Shown: positions 8,921 to 18,459, counted from the first letter of the stretch. The stretch is 64,000 bases of DNA from an uncultured Candidatus Bathyarchaeia archaeon (GCA_964529745.1 CAZGZR010000001.1:5590-69589); one strand, 5' to 3'. Notes: generated by a model not told the origin, from the sequence alone. Numbers and translations: made by a program.

Positions 8921-11860
8921 TTAATCAGTATTTTTTGGAATGCCTAGATATAATCCCTCTAAGTTGGCTTCATTTGACCAAACATAAAATAAATCAGAGA
9001 AATTTTGATTATCCCCAAAATGAACTGATTCAATACTATAATTTTCACCTGGATAATTTGAGTAATTAAATTTCCTAAAAATTCCGATGTTGGGAGTATC
9101 ATTGTTAAAATATATAGATCCAGTTTTCCATGTTTTCTTTAATGTTTTTTCCTCTGAATACAGTCTACATGAGTAATATAGACCATCTTTAAGTTTTTTA
9201 ATGTCTTTGACTAATATTTTAACGATGTTAAGATATTTATATGATTCATCAAATATATCCCAATTTATTTTTTCTTTATTTCCCCATTCTAAACCATTTG
9301 AAGTATTTACGCGAATTATATTATATGATGATTTGCACTCATTAACCATTGTTTCTGTATATATTAAATTAATTCCATTGTTTTGTATCCAGGCTATAGG
9401 AGAATCAGCTGACCAGTATAAACAAGATGTATTTGGTGTAATTATTTCTGTGATATTTGTCCAGTCATCGCCTTCTTTGCTACTCATAGAAATTATAGAA
9501 TTGTCTTTTAATGACTTGCAAAAGAGTATCAAATCATTATCTCTATTTATTACGTAGGGATCATCATAAAGACCTAGAATAATGGGATCTGTAGCTTTAG
9601 TCCAATTTAATCCATTGCTTGAATAAGCGTATCCAAGCCCAATGTGTCTATCGTCGTCTCCTTTGATGGAGTAATAAAACCTATAATGTGGAGAACTTTT
9701 ATTTATGAAAACTAAATTACTAGGATTTATTATCTGTTTTCCATCTGAATCAATTAAGTTAGACATTAGAGATTCTTTTTCCAAGGTAATATTTTCAGCG
9801 TAAATAATGTCGTTTCTATTATAAGGTAGGGAGATACTAAAAACGAGTAAAGAACCATAAATTATTTTTTTACAATACCTATTTAGATAATCTCTAGTCG
9901 GCGATATTTCTCTTTCACTATAGAACCAATCATCTGTAATGCAGTAATGGATTTTATTTATCTCATTCCTAGAATCGGGGACATTTTTTAATAAATCATA
10001 AGGCGTTTTGTTATAGGATTCTAGCATCCATTTCTTTTCGTCTAAAGTATTTATCATCATATTTCTAGGAGCATCTATAAATTCAAAAATATGTGATGTC
10101 CCAATGGGAAAAATAATCTCATTAGATTCTACAGTTTTAATAAATTGTCCAGCGTCTTCTATGTTTGATGAAGAATATGAGCTAGAATATCTGTTATCTC
10201 CTCCTATTCGATTAATTCCAGCATTTATCTGTGGAGCTAATAATAATATTATAAATAAAATTCTTCCATATTCCTTCCATTGCTCTTTCCGAAATTTACC
10301 TAAAACAAGTCCGCTTCCATTTAAAATAAAAATCTCTTTAATAAAAAATGAAGCAAAATAGGTGGCAATCAATGATATGTAAATTATCAGTCTATTAAGA
10401 GGAACTTGGCACCCAATTATTGAGGCAAGAAGGACTGCGGTTATGAATGTCATCAAATATAACACTATACGATTCGTTTCAGTGAAAGCTTTATACGCGA
10501 TACCTAAAAGGCCTGTAAATAAAATTAACCGATTGAACATATGCCATTTTATATAATCAAATTTAGGATTTACACTGAATAAAGAAGGTTTGATAATGGA
10601 TAAAATAAAAATCGTAATTGATAATGTAATAAAAATAGTTGCTAAATAATTATAATTTATATTCATTCGTAGGAGCATACTCCTATTTATTAATATGTAT
10701 ATACCTAAAAATAGAATAAAAATAACTATAACATAAATATACAAGTTTTGGCTTTCTAAAAAAAATAAATTTTTTATAGGATAAATAAAAAATCCATAAA
10801 ACGGTAGTATAAATAAAGACATAACAATTAGCGAAGCGGCGATGTTTTTAATTTTGTAATATCTTTTTTCAATATAATAATTTCCTATTTCTAATGCAAT
10901 TACTGTGAGGTTTATCGCTATGGGCAGCATATGGGAGGTTAAAGAGGATGCCAAAAATAAACCATTTACAAAAATATATGTGTATTTATATTTAAAGTCA
11001 TTTTTCTTTTCTAAAACTATTAAAAGTAGAAAACTTGATAACATTAATATTATTGAAAAGTTTTCCCTAAGCAACATCGCGAATCTTAACCCTGTCCAAG
11101 GATTCATGAGGACGAGGGTTCCTGTTAAAACACCAACCAAAGTCCCGGCTATTCGTTTAAATATGAGATAACTCAAAACGCAGAATAATCCAACAAAGGC
11201 TATTGGTCCGTACCGCATGATTTCTTGACTTTTAAAGCCTGTATATTTTGAAACCATCGTTACAAAATATGGGAACCCAAAGTTCCATAACGATAGATAA
11301 GCTCTAAACTGTTCCACTGATTCGTATGGAGATAAATCAAGTGTCACTAGTCTTCTGGATATTGTGGCTGTTTCCCAAGTGTCCCATCCTAACCAATATT
11401 CTCCAGGGGTTTGACGTGCCACGAAGTATCCTCCTGCAAGAAAAGGGATGAAAGCTGCTAACCAGCTTATTATGAAAGATTTTATCTCGATTTTGTAGTA
11501 AAATCGTGTTTCATAAAATTGGTAAAATAGAAACTCGCAGAAGATCAAGAAGAATGATGTCTGTAATAGAAGAAATCTTGTAACTTGATCAAAAAGAAGG
11601 GTGAGTAATATATATGTCCAGAGTAACAGAAGGGTACTCAACACAACATTTATGATTATAAACTCATCAAAGTTAAGATCCAATTCATTTTTTAAGATTG
11701 CACTTAGGTAGAAGCCGGGGATTATTATGAGAAAAAGAAGAGAGAAAAACTTGTAACTCATAGTATTTAGGTTAATAACCGATGAATAAATCCAGAAAAA
11801 AAATGATGCAAGTAAGGGCATATAATTAATTTTTTTATTAAATAGCCCTTGGTAATTCAT
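8921..11860 (-). CDS. large polytopic membrane protein (GT-C-like N-terminal domain, about 13 or more TM) fused to a C-terminal Asp-box/BNR-type beta-propeller; function unknown
   Basis: 979 aa, AT-rich. N-terminal approx. 500 aa are strongly hydrophobic, with a conserved acidic loop LKNELDLNFDEF and YWLGWDTWE. C-terminal approx. 400 aa contain repeated S-x-N-G-L-x-W blades (YSSNGLNW, NTSNGLEW). Paralog of 12878-15829. Confidence 0.6.
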   Translation of the reverse strand: MNYQGLFNKKINYMPLLASFFFWIYSSVINLNTMSYKFFSLLFLIIIPGFYLSAILKNELDLNFDEFIIINVVLSTLLLLWTYILLTLLFDQVTRFLLLQTSFFLIFCEFLFYQFYETRFYYKIEIKSFIISWLAAFIPFLAGGYFVARQTPGEYWLGWDTWETATISRRLVTLDLSPYESVEQFRAYLSLWNFGFPYFVTMVSKYTGFKSQEIMRYGPIAFVGLFCVLSYLIFKRIAGTLVGVLTGTLVLMNPWTGLRFAMLLRENFSIILMLSSFLLLIVLEKKNDFKYKYTYIFVNGLFLASSLTSHMLPIAINLTVIALEIGNYYIEKRYYKIKNIAASLIVMSLFILPFYGFFIYPIKNLFFLESQNLYIYVIVIFILFLGIYILINRSMLLRMNINYNYLATIFITLSITIFILSIIKPSLFSVNPKFDYIKWHMFNRLILFTGLLGIAYKAFTETNRIVLYLMTFITAVLLASIIGCQVPLNRLIIYISLIATYFASFFIKEIFILNGSGLVLGKFRKEQWKEYGRILFIILLLAPQINAGINRIGGDNRYSSSYSSSNIEDAGQFIKTVESNEIIFPIGTSHIFEFIDAPRNMMINTLDEKKWMLESYNKTPYDLLKNVPDSRNEINKIHYCITDDWFYSEREISPTRDYLNRYCKKIIYGSLLVFSISLPYNRNDIIYAENITLEKESLMSNLIDSDGKQIINPSNLVFINKSSPHYRFYYSIKGDDDRHIGLGYAYSSNGLNWTKATDPIILGLYDDPYVINRDNDLILFCKSLKDNSIISMSSKEGDDWTNITEIITPNTSCLYWSADSPIAWIQNNGINLIYTETMVNECKSSYNIIRVNTSNGLEWGNKEKINWDIFDESYKYLNIVKILVKDIKKLKDGLYYSCRLYSEEKTLKKTWKTGSIYFNNDTPNIGIFRKFNYSNYPGENYSIESVHFGDNQNFSDLFYVWSNEANLEGLYLGIPKNTD

Positions 11861-11995
11861 ACTTTACTAGCTAAGTTTTGAGGGATATTTATCAGATGTT
11901 GAGTAAAAAAATAATACATACCATTCCGGTTGATTTGTAACCGTTGTTCTCAAGTCTACTTCATGAATCCTTTCATGAACATATAACTTAAATGA

Positions 11996-12679
11996 TCATT
12001 TAACGGCTTTAGCCATAATATGGTAATAATAGGGAAATACGCCTAAAATGTGTTTTTCGGGGAACATCTTAACAAATTCAATCCCCGCCTCCTCAAGGAA
12101 TTTTTTCATTTCATTCACCGAGAAATATCTTCTATATGCATATACATCCTCTCCATCACCCGTTTTCCCAGCTGTCTTAATGTAATGTTCTTTTCTACCC
12201 AACATTTCTAGTATCTTTATGGGAATCTCTGAGAAGCATTGAGTTGTAGTAAGAGCAACAAACCCACCGGGCTTTACCACTCGCCCCATCTCGGAAATAA
12301 TTTCTTTGATAACTTCCTCATTTTTTATATGAATGATTACTTGCTCAGCAAAAGCTACATCGCAGGAATTGTCGGGCAATGAGAGGTCCTGGCCTAGCTC
12401 GTTTAAAAGGTCTACTCTGGAATCTTTTACCATGAAATGGTGATATAATTCACTTGGTTCGACAGCATAGTATTTGGATACACCATATTCCTCTAATATG
12501 GCTCGTGCTATTCTTCCTACTCCAGCACCTACATCCAGAACAACATCTCCGTCTTTTATAGGAAGTATTTTAGCGATATCTCGTGCATACGCTCTGCTTT
12601 TCTCTGACATCAATATCTTTGCGTAATCATCAGCAATGCTATCGTGCATCTCCACGCTGTCAAGTAATTTCATATCCAA
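11996..12679 (-). CDS. class I SAM-dependent methyltransferase
   Basis: 227 aa. Motif I VLDVGAGVGRIA, then VEPSEL, then post-II PGGFV. Confidence 0.7.
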   Translation of the reverse strand: MDMKLLDSVEMHDSIADDYAKILMSEKSRAYARDIAKILPIKDGDVVLDVGAGVGRIARAILEEYGVSKYYAVEPSELYHHFMVKDSRVDLLNELGQDLSLPDNSCDVAFAEQVIIHIKNEEVIKEIISEMGRVVKPGGFVALTTTQCFSEIPIKILEMLGRKEHYIKTAGKTGDGEDVYAYRRYFSVNEMKKFLEEAGIEFVKMFPEKHILGVFPYYYHIMAKAVK

Positions 12680-12877
12680 CTAGATGGAGTTTGATTTTAA
12701 GAGTTAAATAATCATGTAGGTACAATCTAAAACACTCAATGATTAACCCTCAATATGGTCGAAAAAATCCGTCTCCACTATCAAAGAGATCTAATAACTG
12801 GTGATATAATATCCAGGTAACTACAGTCTACAAATATTTGTATTCGCTGGTGTTGTGGTGTAATCTCCATTCACTTA

Positions 12878-15829
12878 TTGATATATACATTTGGATGGAA
12901 CTTGGAAATAATGTTGCGGTCGAGAGGCTCGATTAGCAGATTTACGCCATTTTTTTTCTCGCTCATCCTTACTCTTTACTCATACATTGGAATTAAATTT
13001 TGGTTTGTAGACTCACTTCTTATCCCCGTCTTTGTTTTCGCGGCCCCAGGCTTCCTGGTGAGCTACCGGCTTTCTCATGAACTCGATTTGTCTTTGGATG
13101 AGTTTCTAGTTATCACAATAATATTCAGCGGAGTAGTCCTGATGTTTCTCTACCTTGCTCTTACCTGTATGTTTGCCTATGTAGCTCCATACATGGTTTT
13201 TGGGGGCTTGACTTGCTTCCTCTTCGTATTGGGGTTTCTGGTTGACGTTTCAACAGAGACTTTAGGAACCATCGATGATGAGACGATTAAAGGCTTGGGG
13301 GGGCTACTAGCGAGTTATTTTTTAGGTTTTTGGGTTATTTCCTGTTATATGCCCCTGCAATATTGGAGGGGTCCCGATGGGTGGGAGAACATCAATGTTT
13401 TCAGGAAGATTTCTGAGATGGGGTTATCTCCGGTAGAAGCATACAATTTTTTCAGGTGTTACGTTAAGATTCCGAATCCTGGCTTCTATTACTATTTCTC
13501 GGTTTTACATCTGATGACAGGGTTCTCTGTTGAGTCCATCATGCGTTATGGCGGTATGATACAGACGGGGGTGTTCGTCTCGCTGGCTTATATAACCTTC
13601 AAACGAGTAAACGGCCTCCTGTCAGGGTTGTCAGGTGTTTTTCTCCTCGTTCTCAATCCTTACTTTAACCACAGATTCATGGTTCTTCTACGCGAAGAGT
13701 TCAGCCTCTTCTTTTTTTTTACCGGTTTGTTCCTTTATATCTGCAACAGAGAATCTGGAGATTGGTCTTATCCTCTTAGAATAATGGTCATGGGTAGCTT
13801 GTTGGCATCCTGTATGGTATCTCACCCCATGGTACCTGTTTTTTTTATCGGGTTATTGGTATGCCGGATGGGCTATTCTTTCATCGAGAGAAAATTTGAT
13901 GAGATAACCGTCGAATTATACTCTCTCGTCCTCAGCCTGATACTTGTATTACCTTTTCTAAACATAATGTTAGATCCACTTGGCATTTTCATGAATAAAA
14001 TTTCATTGCCATACTTGTTGATTGGCTCATGTTTAGTGATCGTAGTAATCTCATCAATGTATCTTATTTATTATCAAAAAATAGATGTTGAACGTCTTAT
14101 TCCTACGGTACAAAAAGTTATGATCGTCCTCATGTTTTTCCTCCCATTACTAGGAGTAACGGTCAAACCTAATCTAGGCGAATCGTATTCTTTTGGATTC
14201 ATCGATATCGAAGATTTCTCAAAAATTCTTGTCCCCTTGTCAGTAGCTGGGTATTTCCTTCATTCTCTAGGGAGAATGGAGAAAAATATTGTTGGATTGA
14301 ATCTCATCACAGTCATATTGATAGCCTTAAGCTATCTTAGGATCCCCTTGCCTCTGGATCGACTCTCTATTCCACTTATTTGGCTCATGAGTTTCTATGC
14401 TTCCTATCTAGTAAATGCTTCAAAGCAGGCGTCTTTCCATGAAACAGCTTCAATTACACAAGATTCTGAGCTAGTTTCTAACTTGTTAAAACATCGAATG
14501 ACACTGGTTTTCATCTTGATGATATTCGCCGGAGGCGTGCTCGAGCTATCAACTATTACCAGGAAGTTGTCTACCTTCGATGCGTCGTGTGTCGAAGATA
14601 CCAATCTGTTTGTCTCAGAGTTGGAGCCAGGGGAGCTTGTTTTTCCTTACGGTACCGCCGATCATATGCTGTACTATGCAAATATACCGCAGGATAACAT
14701 CGTCGCAGATCTGGAGGTTAAAAATAAGCTTGCACTACTGCTGGACCAAGATTCTATATACGAGATCTCGGAGCTGGTTCAGGAAAGTTATCCTGAAGTC
14801 AACTCCTTGATCTTCTACGTAGATAGCTGGTATGAAAATGATCTCCGCGAAAAACCTTTCTGCGATCTATTGGAGTTATACTTCGAGAAAGCTGTTAGGG
14901 GATGTTTCTCGTCTTACGGGTTAGAAATACCCTTTACCGTCGAGAAACTAAAGTTAAACCAGGTTAGATACATCAAGGATTTCCCCGAAGACCCTCTCTT
15001 CGGCTCACATTGCAATATCACTGCAACAAGTAACATTCTGACCCTACCCGATGAAGAGGCATCTTATAAGTTCATGTTTCTAAGTGCGGATGCTGATGGA
15101 ACAAAGTATATTGGTTTAGCCTCCTCAACAAACGGTCTAGATTGGAACATAGATTACGAGGATAAACTAGGCTATGAACTTGAATCTATAGGCCTCATCG
15201 AACGTGACGATCGATACTATCTATATGCAGGTACTTCCTCCAAGGTCCAAGTTGTTCGGCTTGATAGCAATGACTTACGCAATTGGGGCAACTATACCAT
15301 AGTCATTGATTCTTCATCGAGGGATGAACTGGTTTTCATAGAGTCTCCCCTGGTATGGCAGGAAGAAAGCGGTTTTCGAATGTTATGGTGGGAAACCACG
15401 ATAGGAGACTCCATGATGAATGGAGTCCATTACGCCACCTCGATAGACGGTGCTAATTGGGTTATAGAACATAGGTCTCTGGAATGGGCCTTATTGGATT
15501 CCAGATACAGAGCGAATGAATATGACAAGATACTTCCCTATGACTTGATGCGAATAGGTGAAGGCATTATCATTCTGGCAAGAATGCACAAGGCTGACGG
15601 GTTTTCCCCAAAGAAATGGGTTACGGGCTCAATTACTCTTGAAGATGTAACCTCTAAGGCAGCTGAGGTGCAGGGTTTTGTATACAAGGATCATATTGAA
15701 TCTGAAATGGACTCGATTCATGTGATAAGAGACCTCGACGGTGTTAACCTGAGGTTCATTTACCTTGAATATTGTAGAGGTCGAGTCTACATCGGGGCTG
15801 CCTCCGACCATTATGGTGTGGAAAAATGA
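12878..15829 (+). CDS. large polytopic membrane protein with C-terminal Asp-box beta-propeller (paralog of 8921-11860)
   Basis: 983 aa. Same N-terminal motifs (LSHELDLSLDEF, YWRGPDGWE). C-terminal blades GLASSTNGLDW, HYATSIDGANW (S-x-D-G-x-x-W Asp-box). Confidence 0.6.
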   Translation: MIYTFGWNLEIMLRSRGSISRFTPFFFSLILTLYSYIGIKFWFVDSLLIPVFVFAAPGFLVSYRLSHELDLSLDEFLVITIIFSGVVLMFLYLALTCMFAYVAPYMVFGGLTCFLFVLGFLVDVSTETLGTIDDETIKGLGGLLASYFLGFWVISCYMPLQYWRGPDGWENINVFRKISEMGLSPVEAYNFFRCYVKIPNPGFYYYFSVLHLMTGFSVESIMRYGGMIQTGVFVSLAYITFKRVNGLLSGLSGVFLLVLNPYFNHRFMVLLREEFSLFFFFTGLFLYICNRESGDWSYPLRIMVMGSLLASCMVSHPMVPVFFIGLLVCRMGYSFIERKFDEITVELYSLVLSLILVLPFLNIMLDPLGIFMNKISLPYLLIGSCLVIVVISSMYLIYYQKIDVERLIPTVQKVMIVLMFFLPLLGVTVKPNLGESYSFGFIDIEDFSKILVPLSVAGYFLHSLGRMEKNIVGLNLITVILIALSYLRIPLPLDRLSIPLIWLMSFYASYLVNASKQASFHETASITQDSELVSNLLKHRMTLVFILMIFAGGVLELSTITRKLSTFDASCVEDTNLFVSELEPGELVFPYGTADHMLYYANIPQDNIVADLEVKNKLALLLDQDSIYEISELVQESYPEVNSLIFYVDSWYENDLREKPFCDLLELYFEKAVRGCFSSYGLEIPFTVEKLKLNQVRYIKDFPEDPLFGSHCNITATSNILTLPDEEASYKFMFLSADADGTKYIGLASSTNGLDWNIDYEDKLGYELESIGLIERDDRYYLYAGTSSKVQVVRLDSNDLRNWGNYTIVIDSSSRDELVFIESPLVWQEESGFRMLWWETTIGDSMMNGVHYATSIDGANWVIEHRSLEWALLDSRYRANEYDKILPYDLMRIGEGIIILARMHKADGFSPKKWVTGSITLEDVTSKAAEVQGFVYKDHIESEMDSIHVIRDLDGVNLRFIYLEYCRGRVYIGAASDHYGVEK

Positions 15830-15928
15830 TTTTCAGTACTAAAATAATCGATTAAAGATAAAGGCAATCATTCAGCGTCTTTGTGTGAATACAACCGCAT
15901 CATTTACGTCATCAAATTTAAAATATTA

Positions 15929-16159
15929 TTATATTATGATTTTTCCTCTTTCAAATTGCTTATTGTACCATATCTTTCCACGGGATCTTCTGCTGATCTT
16001 CTTTGGATTCCCTAAGACCGCGAATTGCTTTACCATGCTGAGGGCACGGATTATTATATAACTCGTTACAGATAACACCATCTTTATAGTAGTATTTACT
16101 ATCCTGTGAGAATATACAAAGTCATCAGCTCCAAGTATTTCTCGGATATTGTATGCCAT
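15929..16159 (-). CDS. hypothetical small ORF at the island boundary (may be non-coding)
   Basis: 76-aa ORF in an AT-rich intergenic stretch. No recognisable motif. Confidence 0.15.
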   Translation of the reverse strand: MAYNIREILGADDFVYSHRIVNTTIKMVLSVTSYIIIRALSMVKQFAVLGNPKKISRRSRGKIWYNKQFERGKIII

Positions 16160-16347
16160 GAGTAACTGATGTTTCTTTAAACAGATTTAGCTATATGTCA
16201 GTGTTACATTTCTTCCGCAGACATATTTAATCATTAACACGCTGTTGCACTTGCATCGAGCTGTATGCATAAGCCTGAATGTTGTTGCCGACTGTGTGGT
16301 TTATAGGACTTTATATAATGTTTCTGTATAATTACTTGGCGCATCAT

Positions 16348-17073
16348 ATGTCGAGCATTGAGATCGTTGAAATAGCCGAGGTCACAGAGAAGAGGCGTGT
16401 AACCGTCACGGGTTTCGCGGGGGCGGGCTCCATAGGCAACACGGCCTTGATGCACATGGTCAGAGCCGAGGGATATAGGCAGGTGGCTTACGTCAAGGGC
16501 GACATGATGCCTCCTCTGATGATCCTGATACAGGGGAAGCCCAACCGTGGCTTCCGGATATATGCAGACAAGGAAGACAGGCATCTGTTGCTGGTGACCG
16601 AGGCGATGCTTTCCACCGGGGCCGCTTGGGCCGTCGGCCGGGAGCTTATGAGGTGGTTTAGGGAGAAAGGCGTTGATGAGATCATTGCTCTCGAGGGGTT
16701 CCCTTTCAGCCAGACCGGAAGGAGGATCTTCGGGTTCACCACGGGCGGAAGGGACCTTCAGGGCGTCGGCGTCCAGCCGCTGTCCGAGGGGGCTATTCCA
16801 GGGGTCAACGCTTCGCTGCTTGAGGAGGCGGTGAGGCTGGGCGTTGACTGGACCACCGTGTTCGTCCCGACTCAGGTCATCGGCGGCGTCGATTACCGGG
16901 GGGCTGCCGACGCAGTAGAGGTGCTCAACAAGATGCTGGGCCTAGATGTTGACACAGGGCAGCTTCATGTGATGGCGGAGACGATGGCTAGGGCGGCCAG
17001 ATCCGCGCAGAGGCGGGAGCAGAAGAAGGGTGGGTTGCTGGGCAGGATTTTTCCCGGGGAATCCGACGAGTAG
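16348..17073 (+). CDS. PAC2-family protein (proteasome assembly chaperone-like, ATP-grasp-like fold)
   Basis: Start moved to the internal ATG (MSSIEIV), because the upstream part of the ORF is AT-rich island sequence. VTGFAGAGSIGNTAL matches the PAC2 G-x-P/A-G-x-G-x-V/IG motif. Length about 240 aa. Confidence 0.5.
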   Translation: MSSIEIVEIAEVTEKRRVTVTGFAGAGSIGNTALMHMVRAEGYRQVAYVKGDMMPPLMILIQGKPNRGFRIYADKEDRHLLLVTEAMLSTGAAWAVGRELMRWFREKGVDEIIALEGFPFSQTGRRIFGFTTGGRDLQGVGVQPLSEGAIPGVNASLLEEAVRLGVDWTTVFVPTQVIGGVDYRGAADAVEVLNKMLGLDVDTGQLHVMAETMARAARSAQRREQKKGGLLGRIFPGESDE

Positions 17074-17096
17074 CATCATATTCAGTGGGTTAGGCG

Positions 17097-17172
17097 TGGT
17101 GGAGAGAGGAGGAGTCGAACCTCCACGCATACGCCAATCAAGGCGCCGTTCTCCCAGTTAAACTATCTCTCC
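17097..17172 (-). tRNA. tRNA gene with encoded CCA; anticodon loop reads UUGAUU (probably GAU, Ile) but the anticodon arm is non-canonical
   Basis: Minus strand reads GGAGAGAUAGUUUAACUGGGAGAACGGCGCCUUGAUUGGCGUAUGCGUGGAGGUUCGACUCCUCCUCUCUCCACCA. It has a 7-bp acceptor stem, a D-arm with GG, a T-arm GGAGG/UUCGACU/CCUCC, a 5-nt variable loop, and discriminator A plus CCA. The anticodon stem GCGCC/GGCGU closes only 6 nt. Confidence 0.75.
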
Positions 17173-17336
17173 TTGGAGGGGGATGGGATCGGTGGGGTTG
17201 GATCCCCGTTTTGATGATCCCCGTTATCATTTGAACCGATGACCGTGATAAAGCTATGGAGCGTTTTATGACTGGTCTGAGGGCGTGAGGATGGACACCC
17301 GAGGGTTGGGCTGACTCCTCATCTGGGTCTAGCCCG

Positions 17337-18176
17337 TTAGGTGTCTCCCATGTCTTTCCCCTCCGTGGCTTCCTCCAGGTCTCTGAGCCGTTTCCTGAGG
17401 GAGACCTCGGAGACGCCGGCCGCAGCCGCGATTTCCCACTGTCTGCACTTCTCGTTCTTGGCTTTGCACGCCATGTAGAGGGCTGCAGCGGCCGAGGCTC
17501 GAGGGTCCTTGCCCGCCAGAGCCTTCTGCTCAGCGGCCTCCCGGAGTATCTCCACCGCTAGCAGATCGGTCTCCATGCTGGCGCCCACCTCTGAGGCCAG
17601 CCTCGGCACGAGCTTCATGGGATCGTCCACGGGCATGCGTAGATCCAGCTCCGTTACAAGGAGCCTGTACATCCTCGCAACCTCCTTGACGTCCTCACCG
17701 CTCTTCTCGGAGACTTCGTGGAGGGTTCTCGGAAGACCGGCCTCGCGGCAGGCGGCGTAGACAGAGGCCGCGGCGAAGCCTGCTATAGTCCCCCTCACGA
17801 TGAGGTTTCTTTCATGAGCCATCCTGAAGATGGCCTGGGCTCTCCTCCTTTGGTTTCTGGCGAGATGCAGCTCGTCAACGAGCCTGTCCATCTCCGCTAC
17901 TGCCTGCCTTATGGTCCTTGGATCCAAGTCCTCAAGCTTGGCAAGCTCGTCGTATCTCTGCAGCCTTTTCATCCGGCGCATGGTTTCGGGGGGCACCCGT
18001 TTCCTCTCTGTTCTCGTTTCAGGCGGGTAGTCCTCGGGTGAGGGCCCTAGCTCCAAGGGTTCCTCCCGTATCACGGTGCCGCAGCTGGCACAGATCACCT
18101 CGCCGGTCTCTGGGTCGTAGATCAGGTCAGAGCCGCTGCATCGGGGGCACGAGTCCTCGATGGTTTTATTGTCCAT
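17337..18176 (-). CDS. tfb: transcription initiation factor IIB (TFB)
   Basis: Start set at MDNKTIEDSCPRCSGSDLIYDPETGEVICASCG (zinc ribbon C-x2-C...C-x2-C), followed by two cyclin-like repeats. The ORF stays open 61 codons further upstream, but these lack TFB features. Confidence 0.85.
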   Translation of the reverse strand: MDNKTIEDSCPRCSGSDLIYDPETGEVICASCGTVIREEPLELGPSPEDYPPETRTERKRVPPETMRRMKRLQRYDELAKLEDLDPRTIRQAVAEMDRLVDELHLARNQRRRAQAIFRMAHERNLIVRGTIAGFAAASVYAACREAGLPRTLHEVSEKSGEDVKEVARMYRLLVTELDLRMPVDDPMKLVPRLASEVGASMETDLLAVEILREAAEQKALAGKDPRASAAAALYMACKAKNEKCRQWEIAAAAGVSEVSLRKRLRDLEEATEGKDMGDT

Positions 18177-18459
18177 GGTTGATGCTCCTGGCTGAGAGCA
18201 GTATTCTAAGAGAATGTTTGAGTCGTGTGTATTAAGGTACGAGGCGGGGCATGGGCGGACAGGGTTAATGTCAGCTTTCTTGGGACGGGTGGCGGGTGTA
18301 TGATGGTTTGGGACTGGGTTCACATCGCGACCAATACGGGATGTCGGCTCAAGGATCATCGTTGGGGTTTGAGATAGTCGTGAGCTCGGGGTTTTGGATC
18401 ATGTATATCACTGGCTTCTACTTGAAGGTGGTTGCCTTCTATCAGTAACCAGAGTCTTA

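Noticed and set aside
9201-10361. Plus-strand ORFs (118, 85 aa) inside the giant minus-strand membrane protein gene
   Set aside because: AT-rich region. Short, with no features, and fully contained antisense to a strongly supported long ORF.
8921-15829. Possibility that the two giant membrane proteins are the archaeal oligosaccharyltransferase AglB
   Set aside because: No WWDYG or DK/MI motifs. The C-terminal domain is an Asp-box propeller rather than the AglB/STT3 periplasmic domain.
16250-17340. tRNA-associated integrative element explaining the AT-rich island
   Set aside because: The tRNA is separated from the island by a GC-rich PAC2 gene. No integrase or tRNA-fragment direct repeat was seen. 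A short GATCCCCGTT duplicate at 17201-17226 is too small to interpret.
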